From NCBI GenBank assembly GCA_951406725.2, contig OX597824.1:85374001-85438000 (forward strand): a DNA stretch of 64,000 nt. The letters are read 5' to 3'. Below are positions 1 through 12,501 of this stretch, piece after piece. Below the pieces are notes generated by a model that was not told the origin of the DNA, did not search any database, and was given only the letters and a program-made list of their open reading frames with translations. Each line of letters begins with the position of its first letter. Within the stretch, counting starts at the first letter, position 1. Origin of the DNA: Octopus vulgaris (Eukaryota). A program made the translations under genes and the position numbers.

Positions 1-477
1 ATATATGTGAATAGGCACATGCACACACACAACACACTTACGCATGCACGCAACTTAAGACACTCAGCCTTAACTCAAAAACTTTCTGATAGAGGGCTGT
101 AAACCATCTTATCGAATGTAGATACGTAATTCTTTGACACTTCACCTTTCTTTGAATACTGGCATTAAGTGGGCGTCTTCGCCTAAATGTGAAGAATTTA
201 AAAGGGTGACTTCTCCCTATAATAGGTGACCCAGTTACCAAGAATGAAAGAAAATATATAACTAAATGTAGCAACTGATATATTTACCATGTTGACCTAC
301 TCCCAGAATATCTTGTAACTCAACACAGATGATCTTTTTTCCTGGTAGAGATAGATCACTACATGGTGCTCCTTCCTCAGAAGTAAATATTTTCTTCTAG
401 ATGCAAGGGAAACAGTAAAGAGTCGGGGGCGCGTGCGCGTTCTGCCTTGGGCCCTAGAACTCATTAGATCCGTTATC

Positions 478-675
478 CGGTTCCCGTAGCATATCAAGGA
501 CCGAAATCACAACACACCGAACTAACGCCGGTCTGTTGCAGTTTCTCATTTACAGCTGAGTGGACTGGAGGAACGGAAAATGATGTGTGTTGCCCAAGAA
601 CACAACGAGACGCCCGATCCGAGAGTCGAAACCGTGACCTTGCCGTCAACATTCTACACACTAGGCCACCCACCT
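478..675 (-). mobile_element. tRNA-derived CORE/V-type SINE (family C), diverged copy
   Basis: The reverse strand reads tagtgtgtagaatg...ggtttcgactc (A/B-box-like), then gttcttgggcaacac (CORE-like), and ends in atgctacgggaaccgg, as in the copy at 25211. Confidence 0.6.
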
Positions 676-809
676 TCACAGACACTAGAATAGCAGAATA
701 AAATAACTTTGTCACGATGAGGAAGAGAAAAACAGAAGTTTTCATCATACTACAATAATTTATTCCACTCTGCGAACATTCCGTATTTGCTATTTGTTAA
801 CGAGTGAAA

Positions 810-1408
810 GGCGGCGAGCTGGCAGAAATGTTAGCGCGCCGGGCGAAATGCTTAGCGGTATTTCGGCTGCCGTTACGTTGTGAGTTCAAATTCCGCCGAG
901 GTCGACTTTGCCTTTCATCCTTTCGGGGTAGATAAATTAAGTACCAGTTACGCACTGGGGTCGATGTAATCGACTTAATACCTATGTCTGTCCTTGTTTG
1001 TCCCCTCTGTGTTTAGCCCCTTGTGGGTAATAAAGAAATAGGTATTTCGTCTGTCGTTATGTTCTGAGTTCAAATTCCGCTGAAGTCGACTTTGCCTTTC
1101 ATCCTTTCGGGGTCGATAAATCAAGTACCAGTTACGCACTGGGGTCGATATAATCGACTTAATCCGTTTGTCTGTCCTTGTTTGCCTCCTCTTTGTTTAG
1201 CCCCTTGTGGGCAGTAAAGAAATAGGTATTTCGTCTGTCGTTACGTTCTGAGTTCAAATTCCGCCGAGGTCGACTTTGCCTTTCATCCTTTCGGGGTCGA
1301 TTAAATAAGTACCAGTTACGCACTGGGATCGATGTAATCGACTTAATCCGTTTATCTGTCCTTGTTTGTTCCCTCTGTGTGTAGCCCCTTGTGGGTAGTA
1401 AAGAAATA
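810..1408 (+). mobile_element. SINE family A1 (tRNA head, Meta-like central domain), trimer of bodies
   Basis: Head ggcggcgagctggcagaa, B-box gagttcaaattcc, central gtcgactttgcctttcatcctttcggggtcgataaa and tail gtgggtagtaaagaaata. The body repeats three times (about 185 bp unit). Near-TSD tgttaacga(g/c)tgaa at about 795 and 1413. Confidence 0.9.
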
Positions 1409-1426
1409 AATCTGTTAACGACTGAA

Positions 1427-1746
1427 GGCGCATGACTTAGTGGTTGTGATATTCGACTCACGATTGGAAGGGCGTTAGTTCGATTCCTGTCGGCGCGTTG
1501 TGCCCTTGAGCAAGACGCTTTATTTCACGTTGCTCCAGTCCGCTCATCTAGCAAAAATAAGCAGTGCCTGTATATAAAAGTGTCAGCTTTGTCACATTCT
1601 GTGTTACGATGTATCTCCATGAGAACTACGTTATGGGTACGCGCGGCTGTAGAGTGCTCTGCTAGTTGCACGTTAATTTCGTGAGAAGGCTGTTCCGTTG
1701 ATCGGAATCAACTGGAACCGTTGTCTTCGTAACCGACGGAGTGCTA
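1427..1746 (+). mobile_element. tRNA-derived CORE SINE (family C variant)
   Basis: ggcgcatgacttagtgg (A box), agttcgattcc (B box), cccttgagcaagacgc (CORE-like). Confidence 0.7.
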
Positions 1747-1924
1747 GATTTTATTTGCCAGCGTAGAAGATCACTATCTTCTCCGAACTCTACTGTTGCA
1801 TTAACATATCAAATGTTGATTTTTTTTGTGTGAGTGTGTGTTTATTCGTTTACCTCATTCCTCACTGTTCTGAGTTGATTTCTTGCTTAAATCATCAACA
1901 CCAACAGGTCGAGCTATCGCGGAA

Positions 1925-2110
1925 GTCACTATGTGGTGGTAGTTGGACATGCTAGAGACAGTTAACTTTATCTCTTTCAAGCGATATCCTACAGTAATTA
2001 TGTGGGGAAGGAAACCTAGGATGACGTACCCCAGCTTACATTATGCCGAGGTATATAAGACGGGATGTCATCGAGCCCTGCTCGATCAGGGCTCACTTTG
2101 TGTCCGAACA
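1925..2110 (+). mobile_element. SINE-like repeat family E, usually ending in (AAC)n
   Basis: Shares gctagaaatagcagccaaatc...gatcagggctgac...aacaac motifs with copies near 17760, 25485, 31275, 32090 and 54255. Confidence 0.5.
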
Positions 2111-2166
2111 ACACCATTAGGTCATTCAGCTCACATGAGGTTGGTAAAATAAGTAACGTTATTTTT

Positions 2167-2588
2167 TACTCTCTTTACTCTTTTACTTGTTTCAGTCATT
2201 TGACTGCCGCCATGCTGGAGCACCGTCTTTAGTCGAGCAAATCGATCCCAGGACTTATTCATTGTAAGCCTTGTACTTATTCTATCGGGCTCCTTTTACC
2301 GAACCGCTACGTTACGGGGACGAAAACACATCAGCATCGGTTGTCAAGCGATGTTGGGGGGATAAACACAGACACGCAAACATATACACACACATACATA
2401 TATATATATACATATATATATATACATATATACGACGGGCTTCTTTCAGTTTCCGTCTACCAAATCCGCTCACAAGGCTTTGGTCGGCCCGAGGCTATAG
2501 TAGAAGGCACTTGCCCAAGGTGCCACGTGGTGGGACTGAACCCGGAACCATGTGGTTCGTAAGCAAGCAACTTGCCAATCCTACGCCT
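2167..2588 (-). mobile_element. SINE family B (tRNA head, CORE, internal TA/TG microsatellite, LINE-like tail)
   Basis: Reverse complement of ggcgcagga...ggttcagtccc...ccttgggcaagtg...ggtgctccagcatggc...gactgaaacaagtaaaagag. Confidence 0.9.
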
Positions 2589-3250
2589 ATGACTGTATAA
2601 CATCTCTTTCAGAAACTGACTCCACGTGTAAATAAGAAACTGCAGTTTGTTTATTTTTTGTTGTTTAGACTTATAAATGCGTTTCAACTACAACAGTCCA
2701 TGATTTTGTTTTCTCAACCTTACTAAGCCAAGGCTACATTAACCAGTAAGTTTTTCTCATCTAAGACGTTAGTAACTTATTTGAGGGAGTTTTGGCTCCT
2801 ATTGTCAGCAGGTCGAACGACCACGTAGATATTCAGTCTATGGCTGACTCGCTTCCTTTATCCCTTACAAGTGTGTTAAATAAAATCGATTGCTTTACTT
2901 AAATTTTCCTAAACATATCTCTGTAAAAGCAAGATTAAAGATAAAAGCAAGATTAGAGATCACTCAAAACCATCGATCATACCCTGTCCCCAATATGAAG
3001 TGAGCAAATATTTCCCGTCATAATTAGTGTCAGTTCCTAACAAAACTGAACCACTCCTCCACGAAATTACGCTTAAGAAAGAAATCAATGTAAGTCGCAT
3101 AGCAATTTAATTCTCTTGCAGATTATATTTCAATGATCGGTACATATGCAATCCTTTCTAATAAAACATTTCTCTTCCCCATGTTTCTTCTTGATACTGT
3201 TAACACTTTGGCTAGAACCATATAGCAGTGTTTAATCCTTTGATATTTTT

Positions 3251-3312
3251 CTTATTTCTTTATAGCCCACAGGGAGCTAAACATAGCTAACGTTTCTGCC
3301 AGCTCGCCGCCT
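3251..3312 (-). mobile_element. Internally deleted SINE-A1
   Basis: Tail and head are fused and flanked by duplicated cctttgatattttt. Confidence 0.6.
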
Positions 3313-3346
3313 TCAAACCTTTGATATTTTTCTACAGCCAACAAGG

Positions 3347-3630
3347 TGGTAAGCGGCAGAATCGTTAGCTCGCTAACGGCGTAATCGCTAGCACGCTAAG
3401 ACGGCAAGCTGGCAGAAACGTTAGCACGCCGGGCGAAATACGTAGCTGTATTTTGTCTGCCGTTACGTTCTGAGTTCAAATTCCGCCGAGGTCGACTTTG
3501 CCTTTCATCCTTTCGGGGTCGATAAATTAAGTACCAGTTACGCACTGGGGTTGATGTGATCGACTTAATCCGTTTGTCTGTCCTTGTTTGTCCCCTCTGT
3601 GTTTAGCCCCTTGTGGGTAGTAAAGAAATA
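3347..3630 (+). mobile_element. SINE-A1 with partial head duplications
   Basis: Full A1 body, flanked by a 24-bp duplication gatatttttctacagccaacaagg (3323-3346 and 3631-3654). Confidence 0.85.
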
Positions 3631-3652
3631 GATATTTTTCTACAGCCAACAA

Positions 3653-3964
3653 GGCAGTCACCTGGCAGAATCGTTAGCACGCTGGGCAAAAATGCTTAGC
3701 GGCAATTTTCGTCCGTTTTGAGTTCACATTCCGCCGAGATCGACTTTGCGTTTCATTGTTTTACGGGTCGATAAAAAGAAGTATCAGTACATAGGCGCAG
3801 GAGCGGCCGTGTGGTAAGTAGATTGCTTACCAGCTACATGGTTCCGGGTTCAGTCCCACTGCGTGGTACCTTGGGCAAGTGTCTTCTACTATATCTTCGG
3901 GCCGACCAAAGCCTTGTGAGTGTATTTGGTAGACGGAAACTGAAAGAAGCCCGTCGTATATATG

Positions 3965-4018
<54 letters not shown>

Positions 4019-4288
4019 TCCCTCCCCCCCCAACATTGCTTGACAACCGATGCTGTTGTGGTTTACGTCCCCGAAACTTAGCGGTTCGACAAAAGAGACC
4101 GATAGAATAAGTACTAGGTTTACAAAGAATAAGCTCTGGTGTCGATTTGCTCGATTAAAGGCGGTGCTCCAGCATGGCCGCAGTCAAATGACTGAAACAA
4201 GTAAAAGAGTAAAAGAGTTGAGCACTGGGTTTAATCGACTAACCTCTCCCTCGAAATTGCTAGTCTTGTGCCAAAATTTGAAACCAAT
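3653..4288 (+). mobile_element. Older SINE-A2 (tail ttgtgccaaaatttgaaacc) interrupted by SINE-B
   Basis: The A head and body occupy 3653-3790 and resume at about 4219 with the A2 tail. Confidence 0.75.
3794..4217 (+). mobile_element. SINE family B, full length, nested in SINE-A2
   Basis: Runs from ggcgcaggagc to gtaaaagagtaaaagag. Confidence 0.9.
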
Positions 4289-4719
4289 ACTTTTAAAGAC
4301 AGTAATCGTATTAATAAATAAATCTAGCTTTGTTACTTGATAATTTTAGGAAAGTTTCTAGATTTTGACCACCGAAAAGACACTCTCTTCTTTACACATA
4401 CTTTCTTCACTTTTCAAACAATTCCTCACTTTCAAAATTATCAGTTTTTTTTTTTGTTTTTGCTCATCTTTCAGAAACGTTTATAAATGCACCTACTTCC
4501 GGACTTATCTTGCTCTTACTGTCATATCTCAGTGAAAACATTCCATCAAATGTCTCTCTCTTTTTCTTTCGTGAGGAAGATGACTTCTTCGAGGGTTGTC
4601 CTTGCTGTTGATAGTCCCAAGTTATCATCACCATCGTCATCATTACAATTATCCAAAACTCATATTTTCTTGATAGAAAGAACGAAATTTTTTCCCCCTC
4701 CATCATTCTTTTTTGTTAT

Positions 4720-5036
4720 TCTTTTATTGCTTCTGTCATTAGACTAGGGCTTTGAAGAATTTTTAGTCGAACGAATCGACTCCAGTATGTTTTAAACCTG
4801 GTGCTTATAATATCGGTATCTTTTACCGAACTCCAATGTTGCAGGGACATAAAGACAAAAACACTGGTTGTGAAGTGGTGTTGAGAGACACACACATGCA
4901 CATATTCATATGCAATGAGCTTTAGTAGCCCCGACGCTATAGTAGAAGACACTTGCCCAAGGTGCCACGCAGGGTGACTGAACCCGGAACCATGTGATTG
5001 GGATACAAACTTCTTACCTCACAGTCACGCCTGCGC
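4720..5036 (-). mobile_element. SINE family B, diverged
   Basis: Contains acttgcccaaggtgccacgcag...gaacccggaaccatgtg. Confidence 0.8.
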
Positions 5037-6153
5037 TATCATACACAGGCCAATGGGAAAGAAATAGCTGAGACTATCGGCGAGAGGAATGGTGGTATTT
5101 GAGTATGTGTAGTGTGGGTTGTGTGTGTGTGTATGTATGTGTGTGTGTGTAATTAGTTATTTTGTACGCATAGTTGCTCTAATTAACGTACATCTCACCA
5201 CTAATTGCAAACAAAATTTACTTGACAGATGATACTGTTTGACCACACCGAACAATTAACCATATATTTTACGTTGATCGATAATTAATGTAAGCTGAAA
5301 GCCAAAATCTCACCCTTAATCCAACCTCTCTCTCTCTGTCTGTCTGTCTGTCTCTCAAACTTAGCCGTTATAGTTCTGTACAAAAAAATAAAAAAAAAAC
5401 AAACAAGAGGAAAAAGAACCAAAGAATTATTAATGATGGATTTCATATCGAAGAATAAATCTATTTAATCCTTCATTAAGATTAATGGCGGTTTCTGACT
5501 AAAAATAAACCCCCTAGATATAGAACTCTTTAGTTGATTAATTGTATTCCGTTAATGTGGACATAAATTAACACTAAATGGTTTACGAATTCGCAAGTAA
5601 ATATAGCTGTCTACAACTGCACCATGTGTGTTTGGGTGTGTAGTTGTGCGTGTATGTTTGTGTCTGGGTGTATGCAAATTCAAAAACAAAATAACTTATT
5701 GCCTCGCTCGCCCTCTCCTGCCGAAACATTGTTGTTGCTGTTGTTGTTGTTGTTGCCGGATTTAAAGCGCTGAAAGTGTTGCGAATACATTGAGCTCGTG
5801 GTAATCCTGTTCACTTTAGGTATTTGACATTTAAGAAATTAAAATACCGCAGTCGTTTCCCCAGCAACATGCGAGTTAATGAAGAAGTATAACCTGGTGA
5901 AAATTTCATCAGTGACATAGTGCTCACTTCATGCGAGTTGAATTATTTTTATTTTTAGCCGAAATCTCCCCCCAAAAATAATAAACATGCGTAGGAGTGG
6001 CTGTGTGGTTAGTAGCTTGCTTACCAACCACATGGTTCCGGGTTCAGTCCCACTGCGTGGAACCTTGGGCAAGTGTCTTCTACTATAGCCTCATGCCGAC
6101 CAAAAACCGTGTGAGTGGATTTGGTAGACGGAAACTGAAAGAAGCCCGTCGTA

Positions 6154-6192
<39 letters not shown>

Positions 6193-6198
<6 letters not shown>

Positions 6199-6365
6199 TT
6201 AGAGACAAAACCACTATTTTGCAAAACAAACAAGGAAAGACTTAATCAATACATAAAATTTTAATAAAAATTCAAAAAAACCGCCACTACAATTGTTTCT
6301 TGTCCTGATCGACAATTTTCAGGTGGACTTCCAATTTTCAAGTCAGTTTCAAATTATGAAATAAT

Positions 6366-6369
<4 letters not shown>
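6193..6369 (-). mobile_element. Penelope-like element terminus (pLTR fragment) in (TA)n
   Basis: Flanked by (TA)n, contains a hammerhead motif, and shares attagaga(c/t)aaaaccactatt with the copy at about 19400. Confidence 0.6.
6284..6326 (-). ncRNA. Minimal type I hammerhead ribozyme motif (G8->A, probably inactive)
   Basis: Minus strand reads ccac CUGAAAA uuguc gaucag gacaa GAAA caauug UA gugg. Stems I and II pair perfectly and stem III is palindromic. Confidence 0.65.
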
Positions 6370-6410
<41 letters not shown>

Positions 6411-7359
6411 GTGTGTGTATATGTTTGTGTGTCTGTGTTTGTCCCCCCAACATCGCTTGACAACCGATGCTGGTGTGTTTGCGTCCCCGTAACTTAGCGG
6501 TTCGGCAAAAGAGACTGATAGAATAAGTACTAGACTTTGAATGAATAAGCTCAGGGGTCGATTTGCTCGACTAAAGGCGGTGCTCCAGCATGGCCACAGT
6601 CAAATGACTGAAACAAGTAAAAGAGTATGTTGTCCCAGACAGTGATTCTCCGGTAATTGATACGCATAGGAGCTGTCGATCTTTCAACAACAGACACAGG
6701 AAGCCGATTCCTTATCAACCCTACCAACTGAGACCCCTCTTCCTCCATAGAAGAGTGAGTAAACTATTAAAAACAGAATAAAACAAAGCAAAACGAAAAC
6801 GAAAACGTCAGTAGAAAATTTTAAGCAAGAAAGTAGTCGTGTTCATAAAGACGCGGTATTGTAGACTTACACAGAGATGTTTTAAGTCTATCAATTTCAG
6901 ATTTGGTGTGTGGCAAAGACGATGGTCTTACAAATATAATTATTATCAACAAAACATTTATTATAATATGAATGCTAAGTATTTTCTGTATGAGATACAC
7001 AAACATGCTTTGACGTACACACACACACACACACATGCACGCACACACATACGATCACGCATTCTAGCCCCTGGCACACACATACACACGCACACTCAAA
7101 CGGGTAAATACACACAACACGTAAGCAAAATAAATAGGAAATATCTTTCCACGAGATGTATGTAAGAATGGACAGAGCACACTCTGTGAAGTCTTGTAGT
7201 CTCAGTCGGGTATTAAGTTCATGTTTGCATCTTTCAGGGGTGGGATTTGTACACACGTACATGGTCGAATCAAAGTTTTATTACAGTACATCTTATCACT
7301 CTAGCTTTTAAAAGAATCGTTTGTCCCCAAATCATTGTCTACCTATCTTCCTCCTTTGG

Positions 7360-7362
<3 letters not shown>

Positions 7363-7411
<49 letters not shown>

Positions 7412-7454
7412 TTTTCCGAAAAGAAGAATGGAATTCTACCACTACCACCATAAT

Positions 7455-7493
<39 letters not shown>

Positions 7494-7545
7494 TACCACT
7501 ACTACTACTACAACCACCATGGTCACTACTATTACTACTACGACC
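7363..7545. repeat. (TA)n and (ACT/ACC)n microsatellites
   Basis: Seen directly. Confidence 0.95.
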
Positions 7546-7829
7546 AACAGTCACTGCCACTACTGCTATTTCGGCCGCTGGTCATTTCCCCAACCACAGC
7601 CAACGAATCTAGTCGACACACAAGACAGCTATTATGCTCCCCTTAACAAAAAAATACCACATGGACTCTGTTGAGACTAGTAAGAAACAATTGTGAACTT
7701 TTTTATTACACTTAACTTTTTAAATATTTTTGATAAGGTTGGTTTTTTGAAGAAGAACCGAAACATGTAAAATTTCTAAGAAAATTAAAATTTATCTTAT
7801 ATAGTGGCGTCTTCAAACTTCTTTTATAA

Positions 7830-7830
<1 letters not shown>

Positions 7831-7878
<48 letters not shown>

Positions 7879-7954
7879 TGTATGTATGTATGTATGTATG
7901 TATGTATGTATGTATGTATGTATGTATGTATGTATGTGTGTGTGTGTGTATGTA

Positions 7955-8025
<71 letters not shown>
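7831..8025. repeat. (TA)n-(TATG)n-(TG)n compound microsatellite
   Basis: Seen directly. Confidence 0.95.
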
Positions 8026-8027
<2 letters not shown>

Positions 8028-8586
8028 AAAGAAAATGCACAATAGGTATAAAAGTAATTTTTTAAAATATGAAAACAAAGATATATACATACATATAGAT
8101 GACTTGGGGAGGTGATTCAAAGTCAGTGAACAGCGTTGACGAAACCGGTATGACTTTCTATATTGATTCATGATAATAATTTTTATACTTCTTAATTCCA
8201 CCTCAAATCCTCTATAAGTATGTATATACCTTTTTTTTTTATATAAAAAGCCATTACTTTTATACAGTAAGTACCGCATCAACGTTATAATATTTAAATA
8301 GAAACATTATTATTTCTAAATATCTCTCAAAGAGAGATACTCAGTAGCAACTGAATAATGTGGCTGTCCAGGAAAGTGACGTTATGTTGGCAAATAGCCT
8401 TTACGTTATAATAATTAACTCATTAAAATTATTAGCACATTAAATTAGAGAGCCTCATTTTTGATATTTTCAGTGTTATTAATCATAATACATTTGCCGT
8501 AACTATAATAATACTTTTATCGTAACATTTAATTTTGTTGATAAAAATAAACGATTTTATAACTGTAAACCTACTTTTGCACCTCC

Positions 8587-8623
<37 letters not shown>

Positions 8624-8894
8624 TTTTTACACACGTGTAACACGTTTTCGTGAAATTTGAATCTGCGACATATATTACAAAAGAATAAATATGTTAAGGA
8701 AATTCAGTGTTTTGACTATATGCCTACATACTAAATGTACTGAAATAACATAATACAGACATAATTGAATATCACCAACGATCAGTCAAAATGCATCGCA
8801 ATACGATGTATGAAAATACGCGCACGTGCATGCACCCACACTACACGTGTGTTTGTGTGTGTGTGTGTGTTTATGTATCATCTTGTGATGCACC

Positions 8895-9880
8895 TAAATA
8901 GATCATTGATGTTCACAGGAGTCATAGCGTGTTTTGGGTTTTCAGCTGACATCCTCATGCAGACAACTCAAACAGGATCGATCAAGCTCCAACCTGGGTG
9001 CAGTTAGCACTACTCCTTCTAGGGCTTACATCTCCTGAGTCGCAGCCCCATTTATTCAACCTCTGTGCCTCTATAGTCAACTTGATAGCTTTCCATCGAC
9101 TCGAGTGCCATACCCTGCGGGCTGTGGGATCTGTTTCTTTATTACCCACAAGGGGCTAAACAAAGAGGGGATAAACAAGGACAGACAAACGGATTAAGTC
9201 GATTATATCGACCCCAGTGCGTAACTGGTACTTAATTTATCGACCCCGAAAGGATGAAAGGCAAAGTTGACCTCGGCGGGATTTGAACTTTGAACGTAAC
9301 GGCAGACGAAATACCGCTAAGCATTTCGCCCGGCGTGCTAACGTTTCAGCCAGTTCACAGCTGCGGGCTGTGGGATTTGTAGAGGCAACCCCCACCCCGT
9401 GGATCCTATGCATTCCAGCTGACTGGGATCATATCTTGCTTACTGCATTTAGTTTCCATATAACTCTGCCAACTCACCATATTTTGATCCCTTCCTCACA
9501 TGTAATGGAGAGTTCTAACAGAACCACTTCCTTGGATGCTTCCGAGATCAGCATCACGTCTGACTATAGCGATGTTGAGGCGATAGTTTCTGGGAACTTC
9601 AGCAGCTTTTCTGTTTCGACTTTTAGCGCCCAGTCTTATGCTGTCGCTAGCAGCAAAGCCTGGCATCATCTTTGCACCTGCCTTGATACACGCAATAGTC
9701 TTCTTCATTTGGTGGTGGCGCTCGTAGTGGTTAATCCCATTGTAGATTGTGTTGCCTATGACCTTTAGAACCTAGCCATGACGTCAACGGTAGCGATCGT
9801 CGTGCAGAGCTTTTGGATAGCAACTAAGTATATTACCGCGGTTCTCTCTCACCTGGAGCACATCCTCAGTGATCATACAA
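8895..9880 (-). mobile_element. Decayed 3' end of a Hero-clade (R2-like, RLE) non-LTR retrotransposon
   Basis: Minus-strand translation with stops and frameshifts: NILSCYPKALHDDRYR*RHG*VLKVIGNTIYNG...TIACIKAGAK...LATA*DWALKVETEKLLKFPETIASTSL*SDVMLISEASKEVVLLEL...KAIKLT. This matches the RHD and RPD..ELT region of Hero RLE endonucleases. A Hero-like 3' UTR follows (gaaaacccaaaacacgctatgactcctgtgaacatcaatga). Confidence 0.8.
9131..9360 (-). mobile_element. SINE-A1 inserted into the Hero element
   Basis: Perfect 16-bp TSD ctgcgggctgtgggat at 9115-9130 and 9361-9376. Confidence 0.9.
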
Positions 9881-12322
9881 ATTGTTTAAAGGAAGCAATT
9901 AAGCTTGAAATTTGAAATTGTTAAACGGAATCAAACTGGAAGCAATAACTGAGAATAATTGAAATTGAAATCTATGAGTGGCTGTGAGGTAAGTAGCTTG
10001 CTTATGGGGTGGGGTCGATAATAATTTATAGGTGAGCAATTTCATTATAATATACAAAGTACAGGCCACAACTCAAATATCAAATTTCTTCACTGTTGCA
10101 ACCAAAAATGTTCAAGAAATAATCACCCGCAGACCTAAAATGAATTAACCGGTTGTAATAAGCCACTTAAGCAGAGCCATAAAATCACTCTATCACTTTA
10201 ACTGAATTTACAACCTGTAAACTTAAATAATATAATTCTCAGCATCCTTGATTTCATTTACAATATCGAATTATCATTGAAATAGAGTCCTGCCTATGGT
10301 TTGCATGTAACTGAGCAGTAAGTTTCTTCAGAGTAATTGACCTCGTGGATGTAAAACTAATCAGATTCTACAAGTACAACAAACACTTGAGTGAAAATGT
10401 GCTTCGATATAAAGGCAGAATCCAGCTGTTGATCGAATATATAAAGTTGATAAAAGCCAGTCAAGTACTGGGGTTGATATAATCGACTCAGCCATCCCTT
10501 AAAATTACTGGTCATGTGCCAAACTTTAAAACCATTTTCAATAGTTTTAGTTTTCAACTTTCATTACTTCTCTTGTACTATTTATTATGAATAGCTGATT
10601 ATTCGGAAAATATTCCCTTTTCCCTATTTATTACTAACTTATAGCACAATTTACATATTAGCCTCACACTACCTTGTCTAACCAATAAAGTGGTTGTCTT
10701 TCTGCATCACGTTAAATTTAATGAATGTTGTTTCTGGGCATTTCAGGAGGTAGAAAACCCGGGGCACTAAACGAATAAATTGTACACATACGCACGCACG
10801 CACGCACACACACATACACACACACACACGTACCTTGTATTTTGAACATATTTTCCGAAATGATATGAAGTATTAATCATCGAACTTGCTTTTCCTTACT
10901 AAATAACTAATACTCACAATATTAAATATATTAACACAATCGTAATTATTGTGTTTTTAAGTGGCTGATAATTCTGAACAATTAACCTTAGTGATTAGTA
11001 TTTTTAAAAAAATGTTTATTTATCGCGTCAGGTTATTTTACATTTACTTAGTGATTCTCCCCTGATTACTTCGGCTATGCTGAAATCTCTGCTTTGCTGT
11101 AAAGATCTAATGAGATTGAACCATACGAGGAGTTGTCTTCCTTACTTGCTGAAATAAATAAACACCACTAGTCTCAGACTCATTATTGTGTTTTTTTCCC
11201 CGCTCGGTCCTCGGAACGAATTGCAGGGGATCAATGTTATTCAGAAATATACATGCAACCATAAAAATAAACCACTCTAATAGCTACATTGGCCTTAAAA
11301 ATACATCACTTTCTCGCCGAGATATTTACAACAATGATACACCCTAAAGTACTCACATCACAGTATAAGATAAAACTAGTCAGGAAAACAGTAATTGACA
11401 GTACAACCATTCAATACTATCTACCAAAAAAAAACTGTATTGGCTTCAAATTTTGGCACAAAGTACATACATCTTTAGCAGTCATGTATATATACATAAA
11501 TTCTGCCAAACATAATTGTTGGAAGAACTCAGGAATATTTGCATTTCTATTGTTCAGTCCATATCAGTGGCTGACTAACGGAGCGATGCGGTCTTTCCAT
11601 ACTAAATCCTAAATTGACTTCAGATTGCAATAGAAAAGATCACATTTCCTTCTCAAAACATGTGAAGGCAAATATTTAACTACGGCATTTTGTAATACTT
11701 CATGATGCTTATTGATCAAAGTAGTGTTCTGTTTCTAAATCAAACATTAAAAAAATCTCAGGAATGTAGGAACTACTCCAAATGAGTTATTAATATCTTA
11801 TGCTTGATATTTCAAAAGACTAACCTCTTGGTTTTAGGAATTGCGTTTGTTTTGGTAAATACTTAAGTATTAATCATAAATGTTCTCTCATCTCTTAGAA
11901 TTAATTGATAATAAAAATAAGTGTTTGCGTTTTCTCAAGTGCGATAATAAAAATGTTTATCGTATTTTTCTTTTAAACTCATCAAAAATGACAGTAAAAG
12001 AGTAATTTTGAATTTTTGATGCATTTTCAGATAAAAATAAAAAAAGGGCCCTCTTACCTGAAGCATCTGTTACAGTAATAAACGTTAAAACATCCCACAG
12101 TTCAAAACAATTCTGTGAATACCGTATGGTCTAAATAGCCTGTTATATTAAGTATGTTAAAGATTTAATATCTTTGGATAATTTTAGTGTACATCTATCC
12201 TCTTTCATCACAGTGTTTTGTTAAAAGAAAAAATTAAATATCAAAGTAAAACAGAGTTAATGAATCAGCGATATATGAACAATAAAACGTATGAGGAAAA
12301 TAGGTTTCGTTACAAGACTTAA

Positions 12323-12501
12323 AGTTGCCTGAGCATTGAGGATGGGAACGCGCTTTTTTAGTTGAAGTAGAGTAATTGCTTGATCGTCAACCAGTGTTGT
12401 CACAGATCATGAATTGATTTGTGATAACACTGGTCGGTGACCAGTCAATGATTCTATTTCCACTGCAAAATTGCGCTCCCATCCTCAATGCTCAGGAAAA
12501 T
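12323..12501. mobile_element. Fully palindromic element, possible Kolobok-type MITE
   Basis: 82-bp ungapped inverted arms at 12328-12409 and 12415-12496. TTAA lies on both sides (12319-12322, 12502-12505) and the element begins with AG. Confidence 0.5.

Larger units (their letters stand above)
5989..6626 (+). mobile_element. SINE family B with a Penelope-like fragment inserted in its internal (TA)n
   Basis: B 5' half at 5989-6152, B 3' half at about 6400-6626, foreign insert at about 6193-6369. Confidence 0.85.

Noticed and set aside
810-1408. CRISPR-like or retrozyme tandem repeat
   Set aside because: The units are about 185-bp SINE bodies with no unique spacers, and I found no hammerhead core on either strand.
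4475-4611. Strong acceptor followed by a roughly 45-codon open frame
   Set aside because: No recognisable homology and no partner exon, so it is compatible with chance.
7660-7830. Two further hammerhead-like remnants on the + strand
   Set aside because: Stem II is missing or degenerate. They also argue against claiming a strand bias for the ribozyme motifs.
9283-9768. 161-aa + strand ORF
   Set aside because: It is an antisense read-through of SINE-A1 and the Hero relic.
12058-12130. Minus-strand exon candidate ending at a caggtaagag donor
   Set aside because: The donor is good but the acceptor is weak and the peptide is unrecognisable.
12425-12446. miR-8/miR-200-like sequence TAACACTG in the hairpin 3' arm
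   Set aside because: Only the seed matches; the rest diverges and its position relative to the loop is atypical.
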